A stretch of DNA of 64,000 nucleotides, from assembly GCA_019058365.1 (NCBI GenBank), contig JAHPZE010000003.1, forward strand, positions 224,001 through 288,000. Direction: 5' to 3'. Made by a program: the position numbers and the translations under genes. Shown one piece after another: positions 19,632 to 29,555 of this stretch. Every line of letters begins with the position of its first letter. Positions within the stretch are counted from its first letter, which is position 1. The DNA is from Promethearchaeota archaeon. GTDB taxonomy: Archaea > Asgardarchaeota > Lokiarchaeia > Sigyniarchaeales > SOKP01. The notes beneath the pieces are model-generated. The model was not told the origin of the DNA. It did not search any database and was given only the letters and a program-made list of their open reading frames with translations.

Positions 19632-22600
19632 TTGAGTGCGTTTAAAATTACATCGAAAGAAGAAGGAAAAATCAAACAAGGAACCATCGCAGAATATATG
19701 CGTAAGAGGACACAATTAGTAGGTTTTGAATTTGGGTACTGGAAACATGTGCAATATTGTAGTGAGTTCCTGGACAATGCATTAGATGCCATTGAAAGTT
19801 TTCAATGGAAACAATTAAAAAAAAAAGATTCCAAAATCAAATTTTCTTTGGATCAAGAATTATTTTTAGAAAAATTCTCTATTCTTGAGGCTGCAAAGGA
19901 AGAAAAAAGATCTCAGCACTTAGATAATGAAGCAAAACATACTTTAATGCAAGAATTCTGTATTGAATCCACGGAATCCGATAATACTATTACTCAAGAA
20001 ATAGAAATTAGAGAAGAAGAATCTGGAGAAATAATTGATAAAGAAGAATTAGAAGTTGAGGAGGAAGTCAAAAGAATAATTGATGATATGCAAGAGATCA
20101 TTAAACCTGTTGAATACATTATTGATGTAGAACCTATCGTAATTGTTCGTCTCACGGAATATGAAGCTGCTTCATTTTTAACTTCTGAAATTAGCCAGAA
20201 AAATATCATGAGCTTCACTTTTGAAATATTTGATAATGGCACGGGAATGTCAAAAATTGATTTAAAAAAATTTGGAGGATATCTTGCCTCCTCAAAATCT
20301 ATGGAATTAAAACAAACTAGAGGAAGTCAAGGATTCGGTGCACCAAGTGCTTTTAGTGATGCTCAAAACACAACTGGTAAACCAGTTGTTACAGTTTCAA
20401 AATCAAGTGACCAAGTATATGCTACTTGCTCAGAATTTTTCACTACATCTAAAAATGAGAAAAAATATTTAATTCATCCAACTGAAATTGACAGTCCCTT
20501 TTTACATGGTACTTACATCAAATTAAATTATCTAAATGTAAGATATGTTAGGGGATATGTTGAAAAATATATCGAAGAAACAGCATTTATGAATCCTCAT
20601 GTTACGCTTATTTATATTGATCCCTTTGGAAAGGAAAAAATTTATCGAAGATTAGCTACTTCTTTCCCACCCGAACCTAAATATGCCAAACCTCATCCCT
20701 CGTCTACTAATATAGGAGATCTACAGGATTTAATTACAAAATCAGAAAATAAATCTATATCGGCGTTTTTACAAGATAATTTTGTTAGAATGAGTTCAAA
20801 AATAGCTAAAGAAATTGTAGATATTGGTGAACGAGATTTACAAGACAAATTAAATTTACTAATATTAAAAGATGGTTTTGTAAATGTAGCTAAGAAAAGA
20901 ACAGATCAAATTTATTTCATGCGAGATGAAAAAAAAATATATGGGCGTTCTACTAAACCACGAGACAAATTAATGATTTATCAAGTTGAATCAGAAGAAC
21001 TTAAAGAAAAATATTGGGATTTCATTTCAAATTATAACAAATATATTAGAGATTATGAAAAAATTAATAAAGAGATAAAGAAATTAAATGCCCAAATTGA
21101 AAAAACAGTAACTAAAAAAGAAATAACAGTTATCGAAAGAGAAATTAAAAATTTTTTAAAAAAAATTGAGGATGTCAGAAAAGAAAAGGATAAAACTAAG
21201 GAAAATTTAAATCTTTTATTTAAAAATGCCAAGGATGGATTGATTGAGCAAAAAAAATTTAAGAATAGAACAGATTTTGAAGCTTTAGTTAATGAGGTTC
21301 GATTATCTAAAGTAAAACCTGTTGACTTAACAAAGGAGCAATTTAATTCTCTATTCCTTGCTTTCAAATCAATAAAATATATGACCCCCCCAACAGACAC
21401 AGCAATTCCAGTAGGAGAATCGATTTTAGAGAATACTTTAATTAAAGAAATTGGCTTAAAAATTTCAGATAATATCGATGACTTTGATATACCTATCGAT
21501 ACAATTAGCCAAACAACTGAATTATTATCTGATGAAAAAAAGAGCATGTTATTAAAAGAAGATTCAGAAGAACTTATTAATTTAAATTCTGAAATATTGG
21601 GAACTATTGATATTATCGATAATAGTTTTGATTACCAACAAGTAAAACAAATAATTGAAGATACTCTTAGCTTTTCTGATATTGACTCTATAGAAAGCTA
21701 TCATGATGTATTTGACTATTTCCTTGAAACTTTTACAAAAGATAATGATTTTGTAGCAGCAGAAACAAGAGCACCTACAAGCGGAAAAGGTTTAGCATAT
21801 GTAGTTGAAGCAGTAATGGCCTATTCCAGAAGTATTGAAGTACCAAAGCGATCAAGAGATGTTTTATCGAGGTTTGTAAATAGGACACCGAAATTGAGAG
21901 ACAGTGCAGATTGTGCTATAACAAAGGCAGTTCAATCAGTCAATTGGAAGAATTATAATCTTGAAACATATGATAATAACTTGCCAAGAGGGCCAATAAA
22001 ACTATTAGTTAATGTTTCTGGACCATTTGTCCATTTAATGTTTAAATCACAATCAAAAAATGCCCTAGCTGATGATGAAGATTTAATTAAAGAAATAAAA
22101 TATTGTCTCGAAGCAATAGGAAGAAGATTACGAGTTTATATCAATAGAAGAGCTAGTATGCATAAAAGTGAAAAAAGAGCTAGTTTAATAGAGAAATATA
22201 TTCCTACATTCGTTAAGAGCGTATATAATATCGCATTTCGGGGGGAGAGTAAATATAAATCAAAATTGGATGTTAAAGAAATTGAAGATTTAATGAAGGG
22301 AGCAATAGGCAAAAAGCCAGTTCCAGTTATTATACAAGATTTAAAATCCGAAAAACCTGAAATTAAAGAAATAGAAATTAGAAAAGAAGAACCAAAGGAA
22401 GTTGAGACCCTTAAAGAAGAGATTGCTATTAAAAAAGAAATTCCTATCGAAAAACCGAAACCAAAAATAGATGTAATTTCTAAAAAAACCTTACTTAACT
22501 GGACTGTAAGTGAACTCAAAGATTATTGTAAAGAGCATGATATTATAATACAATCAAAAGAAAGGAAAAATGAGATTATTAATAAGATTTTAGACTCATT

Positions 22601-22958
22601 TTCTTTTGAGAGAGTTATAGAGAAACCAGGAAAAATTGAACCTTTGATTTCAGAAATCATTATAGAAAAGCCAAAACCTTTAATAACTTCTGCTAAGGAA
22701 AAGCCTATATCAACTATAATTCAAAAAATACCTTCAAAACCAAAATCAACTCAAACTACATTACCTATTATTACTACTGATAAAATCGTTTCGGTGTTAT
22801 CAACCGAGTGGCAAACCATAAAACACCTTATTTTTAAATTAAAAATTAAAGATATGATGGATGCTCGATACCTTCAATTGAAATTAAAAGAGCTAGAACG
22901 TAAAGGAGAAGTGTTAGTTGATGTTAAAATGGGTAGAAAACATTGGAAATTGAAATGA
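19632..22958 (+). CDS. top6B: DNA topoisomerase VI subunit B, enlarged by insertions and C-terminal domains
   Basis: GHKL motifs EFLDNALDA, DNGTG and QTRGSQGFG, plus KPHP and transducer RFVNRTP. Directly upstream of top6A. Confidence 0.92.
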   Translation: MSAFKITSKEEGKIKQGTIAEYMRKRTQLVGFEFGYWKHVQYCSEFLDNALDAIESFQWKQLKKKDSKIKFSLDQELFLEKFSILEAAKEEKRSQHLDNEAKHTLMQEFCIESTESDNTITQEIEIREEESGEIIDKEELEVEEEVKRIIDDMQEIIKPVEYIIDVEPIVIVRLTEYEAASFLTSEISQKNIMSFTFEIFDNGTGMSKIDLKKFGGYLASSKSMELKQTRGSQGFGAPSAFSDAQNTTGKPVVTVSKSSDQVYATCSEFFTTSKNEKKYLIHPTEIDSPFLHGTYIKLNYLNVRYVRGYVEKYIEETAFMNPHVTLIYIDPFGKEKIYRRLATSFPPEPKYAKPHPSSTNIGDLQDLITKSENKSISAFLQDNFVRMSSKIAKEIVDIGERDLQDKLNLLILKDGFVNVAKKRTDQIYFMRDEKKIYGRSTKPRDKLMIYQVESEELKEKYWDFISNYNKYIRDYEKINKEIKKLNAQIEKTVTKKEITVIEREIKNFLKKIEDVRKEKDKTKENLNLLFKNAKDGLIEQKKFKNRTDFEALVNEVRLSKVKPVDLTKEQFNSLFLAFKSIKYMTPPTDTAIPVGESILENTLIKEIGLKISDNIDDFDIPIDTISQTTELLSDEKKSMLLKEDSEELINLNSEILGTIDIIDNSFDYQQVKQIIEDTLSFSDIDSIESYHDVFDYFLETFTKDNDFVAAETRAPTSGKGLAYVVEAVMAYSRSIEVPKRSRDVLSRFVNRTPKLRDSADCAITKAVQSVNWKNYNLETYDNNLPRGPIKLLVNVSGPFVHLMFKSQSKNALADDEDLIKEIKYCLEAIGRRLRVYINRRASMHKSEKRASLIEKYIPTFVKSVYNIAFRGESKYKSKLDVKEIEDLMKGAIGKKPVPVIIQDLKSEKPEIKEIEIRKEEPKEVETLKEEIAIKKEIPIEKPKPKIDVISKKTLLNWTVSELKDYCKEHDIIIQSKERKNEIINKILDSFSFERVIEKPGKIEPLISEIIIEKPKPLITSAKEKPISTIIQKIPSKPKSTQTTLPIITTDKIVSVLSTEWQTIKHLIFKLKIKDMMDARYLQLKLKELERKGEVLVDVKMGRKHWKLK

Positions 22959-22967
22959 GGTATAAAA

Positions 22968-24155
22968 ATGGCGAAAAAGCAAAATAATAATGTTTACGAT
23001 TTACGAGCAGCAAAAGATTTATACTTTGAATATTTAGAAAGAGGAAAAGAGATAAAGGAAATTGATCTTCCACCAGATACAGTAAAGATTGATGATCTTA
23101 GTAGAAAAGAAATGTTTAATAGATTGTATAAATTAGTCGATAAAGTTCTTGAAAAGATTTATACAACTGGAAGACCATCAATTGAATTGCCTTCTAGATC
23201 AAGTACAAATATCATTTGGGACGAAGAAAATGATCTATTATTACTTGGTAAACAAATAATGGAAAAACAATTTCACTCACTTACTAGTGTAGCAGATATC
23301 ACTAGACTAATGAGAGTATTAGAGGTTGTCTATGAACTTCTAAATGAAGATATTCATGCAACAAAAAGGGAAGTCTTCTATACTGATGTTAATTTGTTTC
23401 AAGAGCAAAAAAATAGCGATAAAAGTATTGAAGATGCTGCAACAATGTTATATACAACTAGAAATTCAACTCATATTGTAGCAGCTCCAAAAGGTACATG
23501 TGTAGGACGGTTAAGAATTCGCGATAGAAATGATATTATTGATTTAGAAGGATTAGGGAGTGGTGGGTGGACAATTTCACCGATGCTTGATAATATTGAG
23601 ATAATTGAGTCCGACGCGGAATTTATTCTTGTAATAGAGAAAGATGCTGCGATGATGCGCTTGGCAGAAGCTAGATTTTGGAGAAAATATCCTTGCATCC
23701 TAATAACAGCTCAAGGTGTTGGAAATGTTGCAGTAAGAATGTTTTTAAAAAGATTAAGTAAAGAATTAAATCTTCCAGTATTTAGTTTAGTTGATAGTGA
23801 TCCTTATGGTCATTATATTCACTCAGTATATTTAAGAGGTTCTAAAAGGTTAAGTTATGAATCACCTTTTCTTGCTACACCAAATATAAAACTTCTAGGA
23901 GTATTAACGAGAGATTTGGATAAATATAAAATCCCTCAAGAAGTCCGGATTAAAATGAATAAACAAGACGAAAAACGTACCAAAGATTTACTAAACGAAG
24001 ATTTCCTAAAAAAAAATAAAGCTTGGGAAGATGATCTTAAGTTAGCTCTTAAACTCAAAATAAAAGCAGAAATTCAAGCATTTGCATCTCATGGATTTAA
24101 ATTTTTAACGGATAAATACTTACCTGAAAAACTCACAACAGGTGATTGGATATGA
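22968..24155 (+). CDS. top6A: DNA topoisomerase VI subunit A (Spo11 homologue)
   Basis: TKREVFY (catalytic Tyr), IEKDA, DSDPYG TOPRIM motif and KAEIQA. Confidence 0.97.
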   Translation: MAKKQNNNVYDLRAAKDLYFEYLERGKEIKEIDLPPDTVKIDDLSRKEMFNRLYKLVDKVLEKIYTTGRPSIELPSRSSTNIIWDEENDLLLLGKQIMEKQFHSLTSVADITRLMRVLEVVYELLNEDIHATKREVFYTDVNLFQEQKNSDKSIEDAATMLYTTRNSTHIVAAPKGTCVGRLRIRDRNDIIDLEGLGSGGWTISPMLDNIEIIESDAEFILVIEKDAAMMRLAEARFWRKYPCILITAQGVGNVAVRMFLKRLSKELNLPVFSLVDSDPYGHYIHSVYLRGSKRLSYESPFLATPNIKLLGVLTRDLDKYKIPQEVRIKMNKQDEKRTKDLLNEDFLKKNKAWEDDLKLALKLKIKAEIQAFASHGFKFLTDKYLPEKLTTGDWI

Positions 24156-24664
24156 GAATCTTTAAAAAGAAAGATGGCGGAATCGTACAATTAATCGATA
24201 AAGATGATATGAAGGAATGGCCGATTGAATTACCTTTACTTTTCATCGAATATATAAGAAATAAACAATTAGAAAGTTATGGGAGTGCTAAAAAGGATGT
24301 TGAGTCATATCTCGATGAAATTATGACAGACGTAGCAATCCCAGGATTAGTGAATGTTTTAGAAGGAGATGATAACGAAAAAATTATACTAGCTCTAACT
24401 CGCATTGAAGAAATTTCAAAAAAAGATATTGAAATGGCGAAACCAATAAAAAAATATCTGAATTATCTTCTAGAAAAAAACGATAAACAGATTGTGAATT
24501 TAGCTCAGACCATTTCAAAAAATTTTACTAATGCTGAAAGAAAGAAAGAATTAGCACAAAAGAGGAAATATATGCGCGAAAAAGAAAATTTATTCCTAGA
24601 AGGCAAAATTAGTGGAGAAGAATATGCTAAAGCGAGAAAAGAATATTTAACTTTAAAAGAGTAA
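24152..24664 (+). CDS. Hypothetical helical protein with C-terminal SHOCT-like motif
   Basis: ATGA overlap with the top6A stop. C-terminus LFLEGKISGEEYAKARKEYL. Confidence 0.7.
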   Translation: MRIFKKKDGGIVQLIDKDDMKEWPIELPLLFIEYIRNKQLESYGSAKKDVESYLDEIMTDVAIPGLVNVLEGDDNEKIILALTRIEEISKKDIEMAKPIKKYLNYLLEKNDKQIVNLAQTISKNFTNAERKKELAQKRKYMREKENLFLEGKISGEEYAKARKEYLTLKE

Positions 24665-24674
24665 TATCAATCTT

Positions 24675-25349
24675 ATGAATTGGGAAAATGAAAAAGACAA
24701 TTTTCATAATTTCATATTAAATAATAAAATTATTGGATTTTTTAAAGAACCTCTTAGATTAAAATCAGGTAGACTATCTTCCTGGTATATAAATTGGAGG
24801 AATATAGCTTCCGACGTTTACTTACTCGATCAATTAACTGATTATATTCTTTTATTTATTGATTATTTAGGTTTAAACCCGAAATGTTTTTATGGTGTTC
24901 CAGAAGGAGCGACAAAATTAGGTATTATTACACAATATAAGTGGGCAAGAAGACAGAAAAATTATAATCCTGGATGTTACCCTTTGTCTATGGGTAGAGG
25001 TAAACCAAAAGAACACGGAGATCCGAAAGATAAATTTTTTGTTGGAATACCTAAAGGAGAAATTATTATTCTTGAAGACGTAACAACAACAGGGGAATCT
25101 CTAATTGATACAATTAAGAGATTGAAAGAAGTAAATGTGAGAATAATTGCTGCTATTGGATTAACAAATAGAAATGAAAAAAGAGATGATGGAAAGAGTA
25201 TTGAAGAGATAGTAAAAGAACAAAATGTCCAATACTATGCAATGAGCAATGCAGTTGATTTATTACCCAGAATTAATATGAATAAAGATATCAAAAATCA
25301 CATTGAAGAATACTTCAAAAAATATGGGACTCAACAAATTAATCTATAA
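24675..25349 (+). CDS. pyrE: Orotate phosphoribosyltransferase
   Basis: LKSGRLSSWYI, KPKEHG and PRPP-binding ILEDVTTTGES motifs. Confidence 0.88.
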   Translation: MNWENEKDNFHNFILNNKIIGFFKEPLRLKSGRLSSWYINWRNIASDVYLLDQLTDYILLFIDYLGLNPKCFYGVPEGATKLGIITQYKWARRQKNYNPGCYPLSMGRGKPKEHGDPKDKFFVGIPKGEIIILEDVTTTGESLIDTIKRLKEVNVRIIAAIGLTNRNEKRDDGKSIEEIVKEQNVQYYAMSNAVDLLPRINMNKDIKNHIEEYFKKYGTQQINL

Positions 25350-25386
25350 TATTTCCTAAATATCTCCAGTTTAAATTAAATAGAAC

Positions 25387-25947
25387 TTAGAAAAAATCTC
25401 TCCATATTTTAATAAGATTGTATAAATAAGTGTAAAGTAATTTTTCAGAATTTGTTAATCTTCTCTCATCCTCTAAAGATAATTCCGCCATAGATAACTT
25501 TAATAGTTTTAATAACCGACTATCAATTATATTAGAAGTATATGAATTATATCTATCCAAATCTATTTTGGGTTTATTTTTTTTTATTACTTCATTTTCC
25601 ATAAACCTTTTAAATTCTTTTATCTTATTTAAAAAAGAATTATCATTTCTTTTGATTAATTTAAGATCATCTCTCTCACCTATAGCATAACGTTGAACAT
25701 CAATGTTATCACATTTTTCTGTCGAAGCAACTTTTAAAATATCTTTTTCTATAAAGGGTATTACAGAGAATAACTTTAATCGATATTTTTTACCTTTCTC
25801 AAAGGGACCGAACGATTCTCCTAATAGAGAAAAACCTTCAAAATCCTTTATGCATTCCGTAATAATAATTTCATTTTTAAAGGCAAAGTTTAACCTACTC
25901 AAAGAACCTGTAAATCGTTCTCCAATTACTTCCAATAATAATTTCAC
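25387..25947 (-). CDS. GINS complex subunit, BA-type (Gins23/Psf2-Psf3-like)
   Basis: N-terminal beta domain (FGPFEKGK..L.L) and C-terminal helical domain (RLLKLLKL...LTNSEKLLY...IKIW). Close to mcm. Confidence 0.72.
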   Translation of the reverse strand: MKLLLEVIGERFTGSLSRLNFAFKNEIIITECIKDFEGFSLLGESFGPFEKGKKYRLKLFSVIPFIEKDILKVASTEKCDNIDVQRYAIGERDDLKLIKRNDNSFLNKIKEFKRFMENEVIKKNKPKIDLDRYNSYTSNIIDSRLLKLLKLSMAELSLEDERRLTNSEKLLYTYLYNLIKIWRDFF

Positions 25948-26041
25948 CAGATTTAATATATTAATAAGTCTTTATATACTATACAATAGTAATTCAAGAG
26001 AAATAAACATATTATTATTCTTTTAATAAATTAAAAACCTC

Positions 26042-29000
26042 GTGAAAATTTTGGTTATAGAAATAATACTGCTTATCGTCTTTATCATCTTCTTTTTAAT
26101 TGGATTTTATATAATATATAAACAAGTTGCGTTAGTTAAAAAAGGAGAATTAAGTAATAAAGATCGATTCCAGTGTTTATTTTACGGAATTATCTTCAGT
26201 TTGTCTATCCTGGTAGTTTTTACTGTTGCTGTTATTTTTACTGTAAGAACCCCTGAACTTTGGAACCCTGAAACTACACCCCCAGAAGTCCATCCTCTAG
26301 CATTATTAATACCTTTTATTTGTTGCTTAATTTATTTAACATTTTATCCAATAATAGATTTCCTTTTTATTGCTCTAAGTAAAGAATCAGATGAAGGATT
26401 AACACCTTTTCATAAATTTATAAGAAATAAGATTATTAATCAATCAAGTAATAAAATTATTAATGTTCTAATTGCTCTAGTTTTTTTTCTCTTAATTTTT
26501 GTTCTCCCTCCTATTTTATTGTCAATATTAGGCTTACCTTTTATAGTGATTTGGGTAACATGGAGTCTTGTTTACCCACTAATGATATTAACTTTTTATG
26601 GGTCTAAAGGATATATTGCTGGACTTTCAGATGCTTATTATCATATTCCTGATGTAAGAAGATCAACTTTTCTTAATTTTGAGAATACCAAGAGAGGTTT
26701 AAACCAATTCAAATCGGAACCGGGATATTATATTATCTTAGGTTTAATGATTTTTGTATTTATATGGGCTTGGATTTCACTAATCCAGACTATAAGTTTC
26801 TTTTTTACAAGAACATTAGCAATATCGACTATGTCCTCAGCTTTTGTATTTGTAACTTTATTTTTTGGTATTATAGGATATTTTACACGTTTTTGGGGAA
26901 GAAAAATAAAATATCGCGGTATTGATATTTATTTTGCTGCCTATTTAATGGCTTCTATAGGTATCAATGTTCTAGTTAATTTCTTAATTGTGAATCCTAA
27001 TAAATTGTATTATACTTTTAATTTATGGACTATCACTAATCAAATCGTTCCAAATTATGTTATGTTTGCTTGGGCTGCTGTTATTGAAGAAATTGTATTA
27101 GTAATTTTTACTTCATACTTTTTTTTAGCAAGAAATAATGAATTTATTACTAATATTAAATATTCTAAAATTACTAAATCTGGCCAAATTTTTGATCCAA
27201 TTCCAATATTCAATTTAATTAAACATCGTAATATTAAAATAAGAAAACTTGCGGAAGAAACATTGATATTGATGTTTGAAAGAATTCCTTTAAAAAATGA
27301 AATAAATCTTAATAATTGGAAATTTAAAAATTCCGTGTTAGATGGCATATGTGAATATGATGCAAATTCAAGAGAAATTTGTATAAAAATATTAATTCAA
27401 TTAGAAAAAGATGTTCCAGAGAAAATATTACCTTGGATAATAGAAGCATTAGAATCTCCTAATTACGATAAATGTATCCCTATTACAAAAACACTTCTAA
27501 ACGCAGATATAGATTTCGTTGAAAAAATACCTAAAGATTTAATTATTAACTTAATTGAAGATTCAGAATGGAGATTAAAATTATTGGGAGTAAAAATTTT
27601 AAAAAGACTGTTAAAGAAAAATAATGATTTGATTCATAAAGTTAATATTAAAAACTTAATAAACAACCCAAATAGTAAGGTTCAAGTCGAGATTCTAAAT
27701 ATTTTGGCAGAATCTTCTTATGTACTTCCTATTGATACTATAATTCAAAAAATATTTCATATTAATAATGAAATTAGCGCGGCAGCAATTAAAAATCTAA
27801 AAAATCTTGACCACAAAGATATTGATAAAAAAATGATTTCTAAAATTATTCCTCTGATGAAAGATCCATCTAGTTCTGTAAGAGCTTCAATTTATGAGGT
27901 ATTAGCAAAAATAGGTAAATTTAGAAAAAATAATATTCCAATTTTGCCTCTCTTTGATGGTTTAACTGATTCAAATGAAAAAACTCGACAAGCAGCCATA
28001 AATGTATTGGAAAAATATTTTAAAGAGGAACCCGGGTTATTAGATATTGACAATATAGTTAATAAAGTCGATCCAAATAATTATGAGGTATTAAATAGCT
28101 TTGTTTCACTTCTCGGAAGATTATGGAAATATAATCCTGATAAAATATTGACTTTTTTTTTAGTATTTATAAAATTCGAAAATAAACAATTAAGAGAAAA
28201 TATTTCAAATATTTTAATAGAGAATTATAAAAACAACCCTGATTTAATAGTTCAGAATTTAATTAAGATCCCAGATATTACGAAATATCTAACAAAGGGA
28301 ATTATATCACAAACAATAATCAAGATTGGTAAATCAGATCCAGAAAATATAATTCTAAGCTTAATAAATTATCTTAATGATGAAAATGATGATGTAAGAT
28401 TAAATGCTCTTAATTCAATAGATGGATTGATTGAAGAATTTGTTAATTATAGTAATTTGAAACCAATCCTATTACTATTACGGAAAGACAAAAACAAACA
28501 AGAAAAAAAAACCGCCTCAAGTATTATTTCAAAAATAGCTCAAAAAGATTCTTCTCTGATAAAACCATATATGTCTGAATTCTTACAGATATTAATTAAA
28601 CAAGAATTATCTGTAAGAATTGTACTTACTAAATCTCTATTAGATATTGCTAAAGATTCTCCAGATATCATTCCAGTCCAAGAAATTCTAAATTTTCTTG
28701 ACGATCAAGATTCATTTATCCGTGAAACTAGTGCGAAAATTCTGGGGTATATAGGATACAAACTTCCAATTTCTGTTATAGATGTTTTAATTAACAGAGC
28801 ATCAAATGATGATGAATGGATTGTCAGAGAGGCAGCTGTTACAAGTTTAGGAGAAATAATTAATCATGTTGATGATAAGGAAAAAATCATTGAAAAACTG
28901 GTTTCTTTGCTTAATGATGAGCAAAATTGGGTTCGGAGGTCGGCTTTGAATATTCTATCAACTATTAAAGAAGTAAATAATTCTCATATTTCTTTTAATG

Positions 29001-29395
29001 ATTTAAGAAATAATTTAAAGAGCACTGATCCAAAAGTTAGAGAAGCTTCAGTGGGATTAATTCGAATTTACAGTAATCAAATCGAAGAAATTTTTAATAA
29101 GATAGTGATATTATTAGAAGATGAATCAAAAGAAGTAAGAGCTAAAGCTATTAATAGTTTTGTTGAAATTATACAAGAAGTAGGACTTAACCAGATATTA
29201 TCAAAATTATTGCAAAATTTAAGTGATGAAGGTTCTATAGAAACCCAGCGTTCTATTGCACTAATTTTAGGACGAACTGTCAAATATGAGGATAAAGAGA
29301 TTAAGAAACGAGTCATTTCTCTTTTAAAAATAAGATGTGAAATGAGCCAGGATCCTATTATTTGTGCGACCCTACAACAACTAAAAGAGCTTTGA
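26042..29395 (+). CDS. Polytopic membrane protein with C-terminal HEAT-repeat solenoid
   Basis: About 9 hydrophobic helices in aa 1-360, then repeated L.D....VR..A...L units to the C-terminus. Confidence 0.85.
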   Translation: MKILVIEIILLIVFIIFFLIGFYIIYKQVALVKKGELSNKDRFQCLFYGIIFSLSILVVFTVAVIFTVRTPELWNPETTPPEVHPLALLIPFICCLIYLTFYPIIDFLFIALSKESDEGLTPFHKFIRNKIINQSSNKIINVLIALVFFLLIFVLPPILLSILGLPFIVIWVTWSLVYPLMILTFYGSKGYIAGLSDAYYHIPDVRRSTFLNFENTKRGLNQFKSEPGYYIILGLMIFVFIWAWISLIQTISFFFTRTLAISTMSSAFVFVTLFFGIIGYFTRFWGRKIKYRGIDIYFAAYLMASIGINVLVNFLIVNPNKLYYTFNLWTITNQIVPNYVMFAWAAVIEEIVLVIFTSYFFLARNNEFITNIKYSKITKSGQIFDPIPIFNLIKHRNIKIRKLAEETLILMFERIPLKNEINLNNWKFKNSVLDGICEYDANSREICIKILIQLEKDVPEKILPWIIEALESPNYDKCIPITKTLLNADIDFVEKIPKDLIINLIEDSEWRLKLLGVKILKRLLKKNNDLIHKVNIKNLINNPNSKVQVEILNILAESSYVLPIDTIIQKIFHINNEISAAAIKNLKNLDHKDIDKKMISKIIPLMKDPSSSVRASIYEVLAKIGKFRKNNIPILPLFDGLTDSNEKTRQAAINVLEKYFKEEPGLLDIDNIVNKVDPNNYEVLNSFVSLLGRLWKYNPDKILTFFLVFIKFENKQLRENISNILIENYKNNPDLIVQNLIKIPDITKYLTKGIISQTIIKIGKSDPENIILSLINYLNDENDDVRLNALNSIDGLIEEFVNYSNLKPILLLLRKDKNKQEKKTASSIISKIAQKDSSLIKPYMSEFLQILIKQELSVRIVLTKSLLDIAKDSPDIIPVQEILNFLDDQDSFIRETSAKILGYIGYKLPISVIDVLINRASNDDEWIVREAAVTSLGEIINHVDDKEKIIEKLVSLLNDEQNWVRRSALNILSTIKEVNNSHISFNDLRNNLKSTDPKVREASVGLIRIYSNQIEEIFNKIVILLEDESKEVRAKAINSFVEIIQEVGLNQILSKLLQNLSDEGSIETQRSIALILGRTVKYEDKEIKKRVISLLKIRCEMSQDPIICATLQQLKEL

Positions 29396-29555
29396 TTTTT
29401 TAATTTTTCTTTACAAAATAATCAACAATAATTTAATAAATCTTACATCAGTCTGTTTTTTTAATATTTCCTTATTTTCTCTTTAATAAAATATGGTATT
29501 AATATTACGAATTAAAAAATCACCAAGAATATTTTAGGTATATCAATAAAAATTT

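Noticed and set aside
19632-22958. Inteins as the cause of Top6B enlargement
   Set aside because: No C/S...HN-[CST] splice junctions or LAGLIDADG motifs seen. The inserts are acidic or coiled-coil.
29396-29555. Replication origin in the AT-rich gap before mcm
   Set aside because: No ORB-like repeats or G-strings and no orc1/cdc6 gene. The AT content resembles other intergenic regions.
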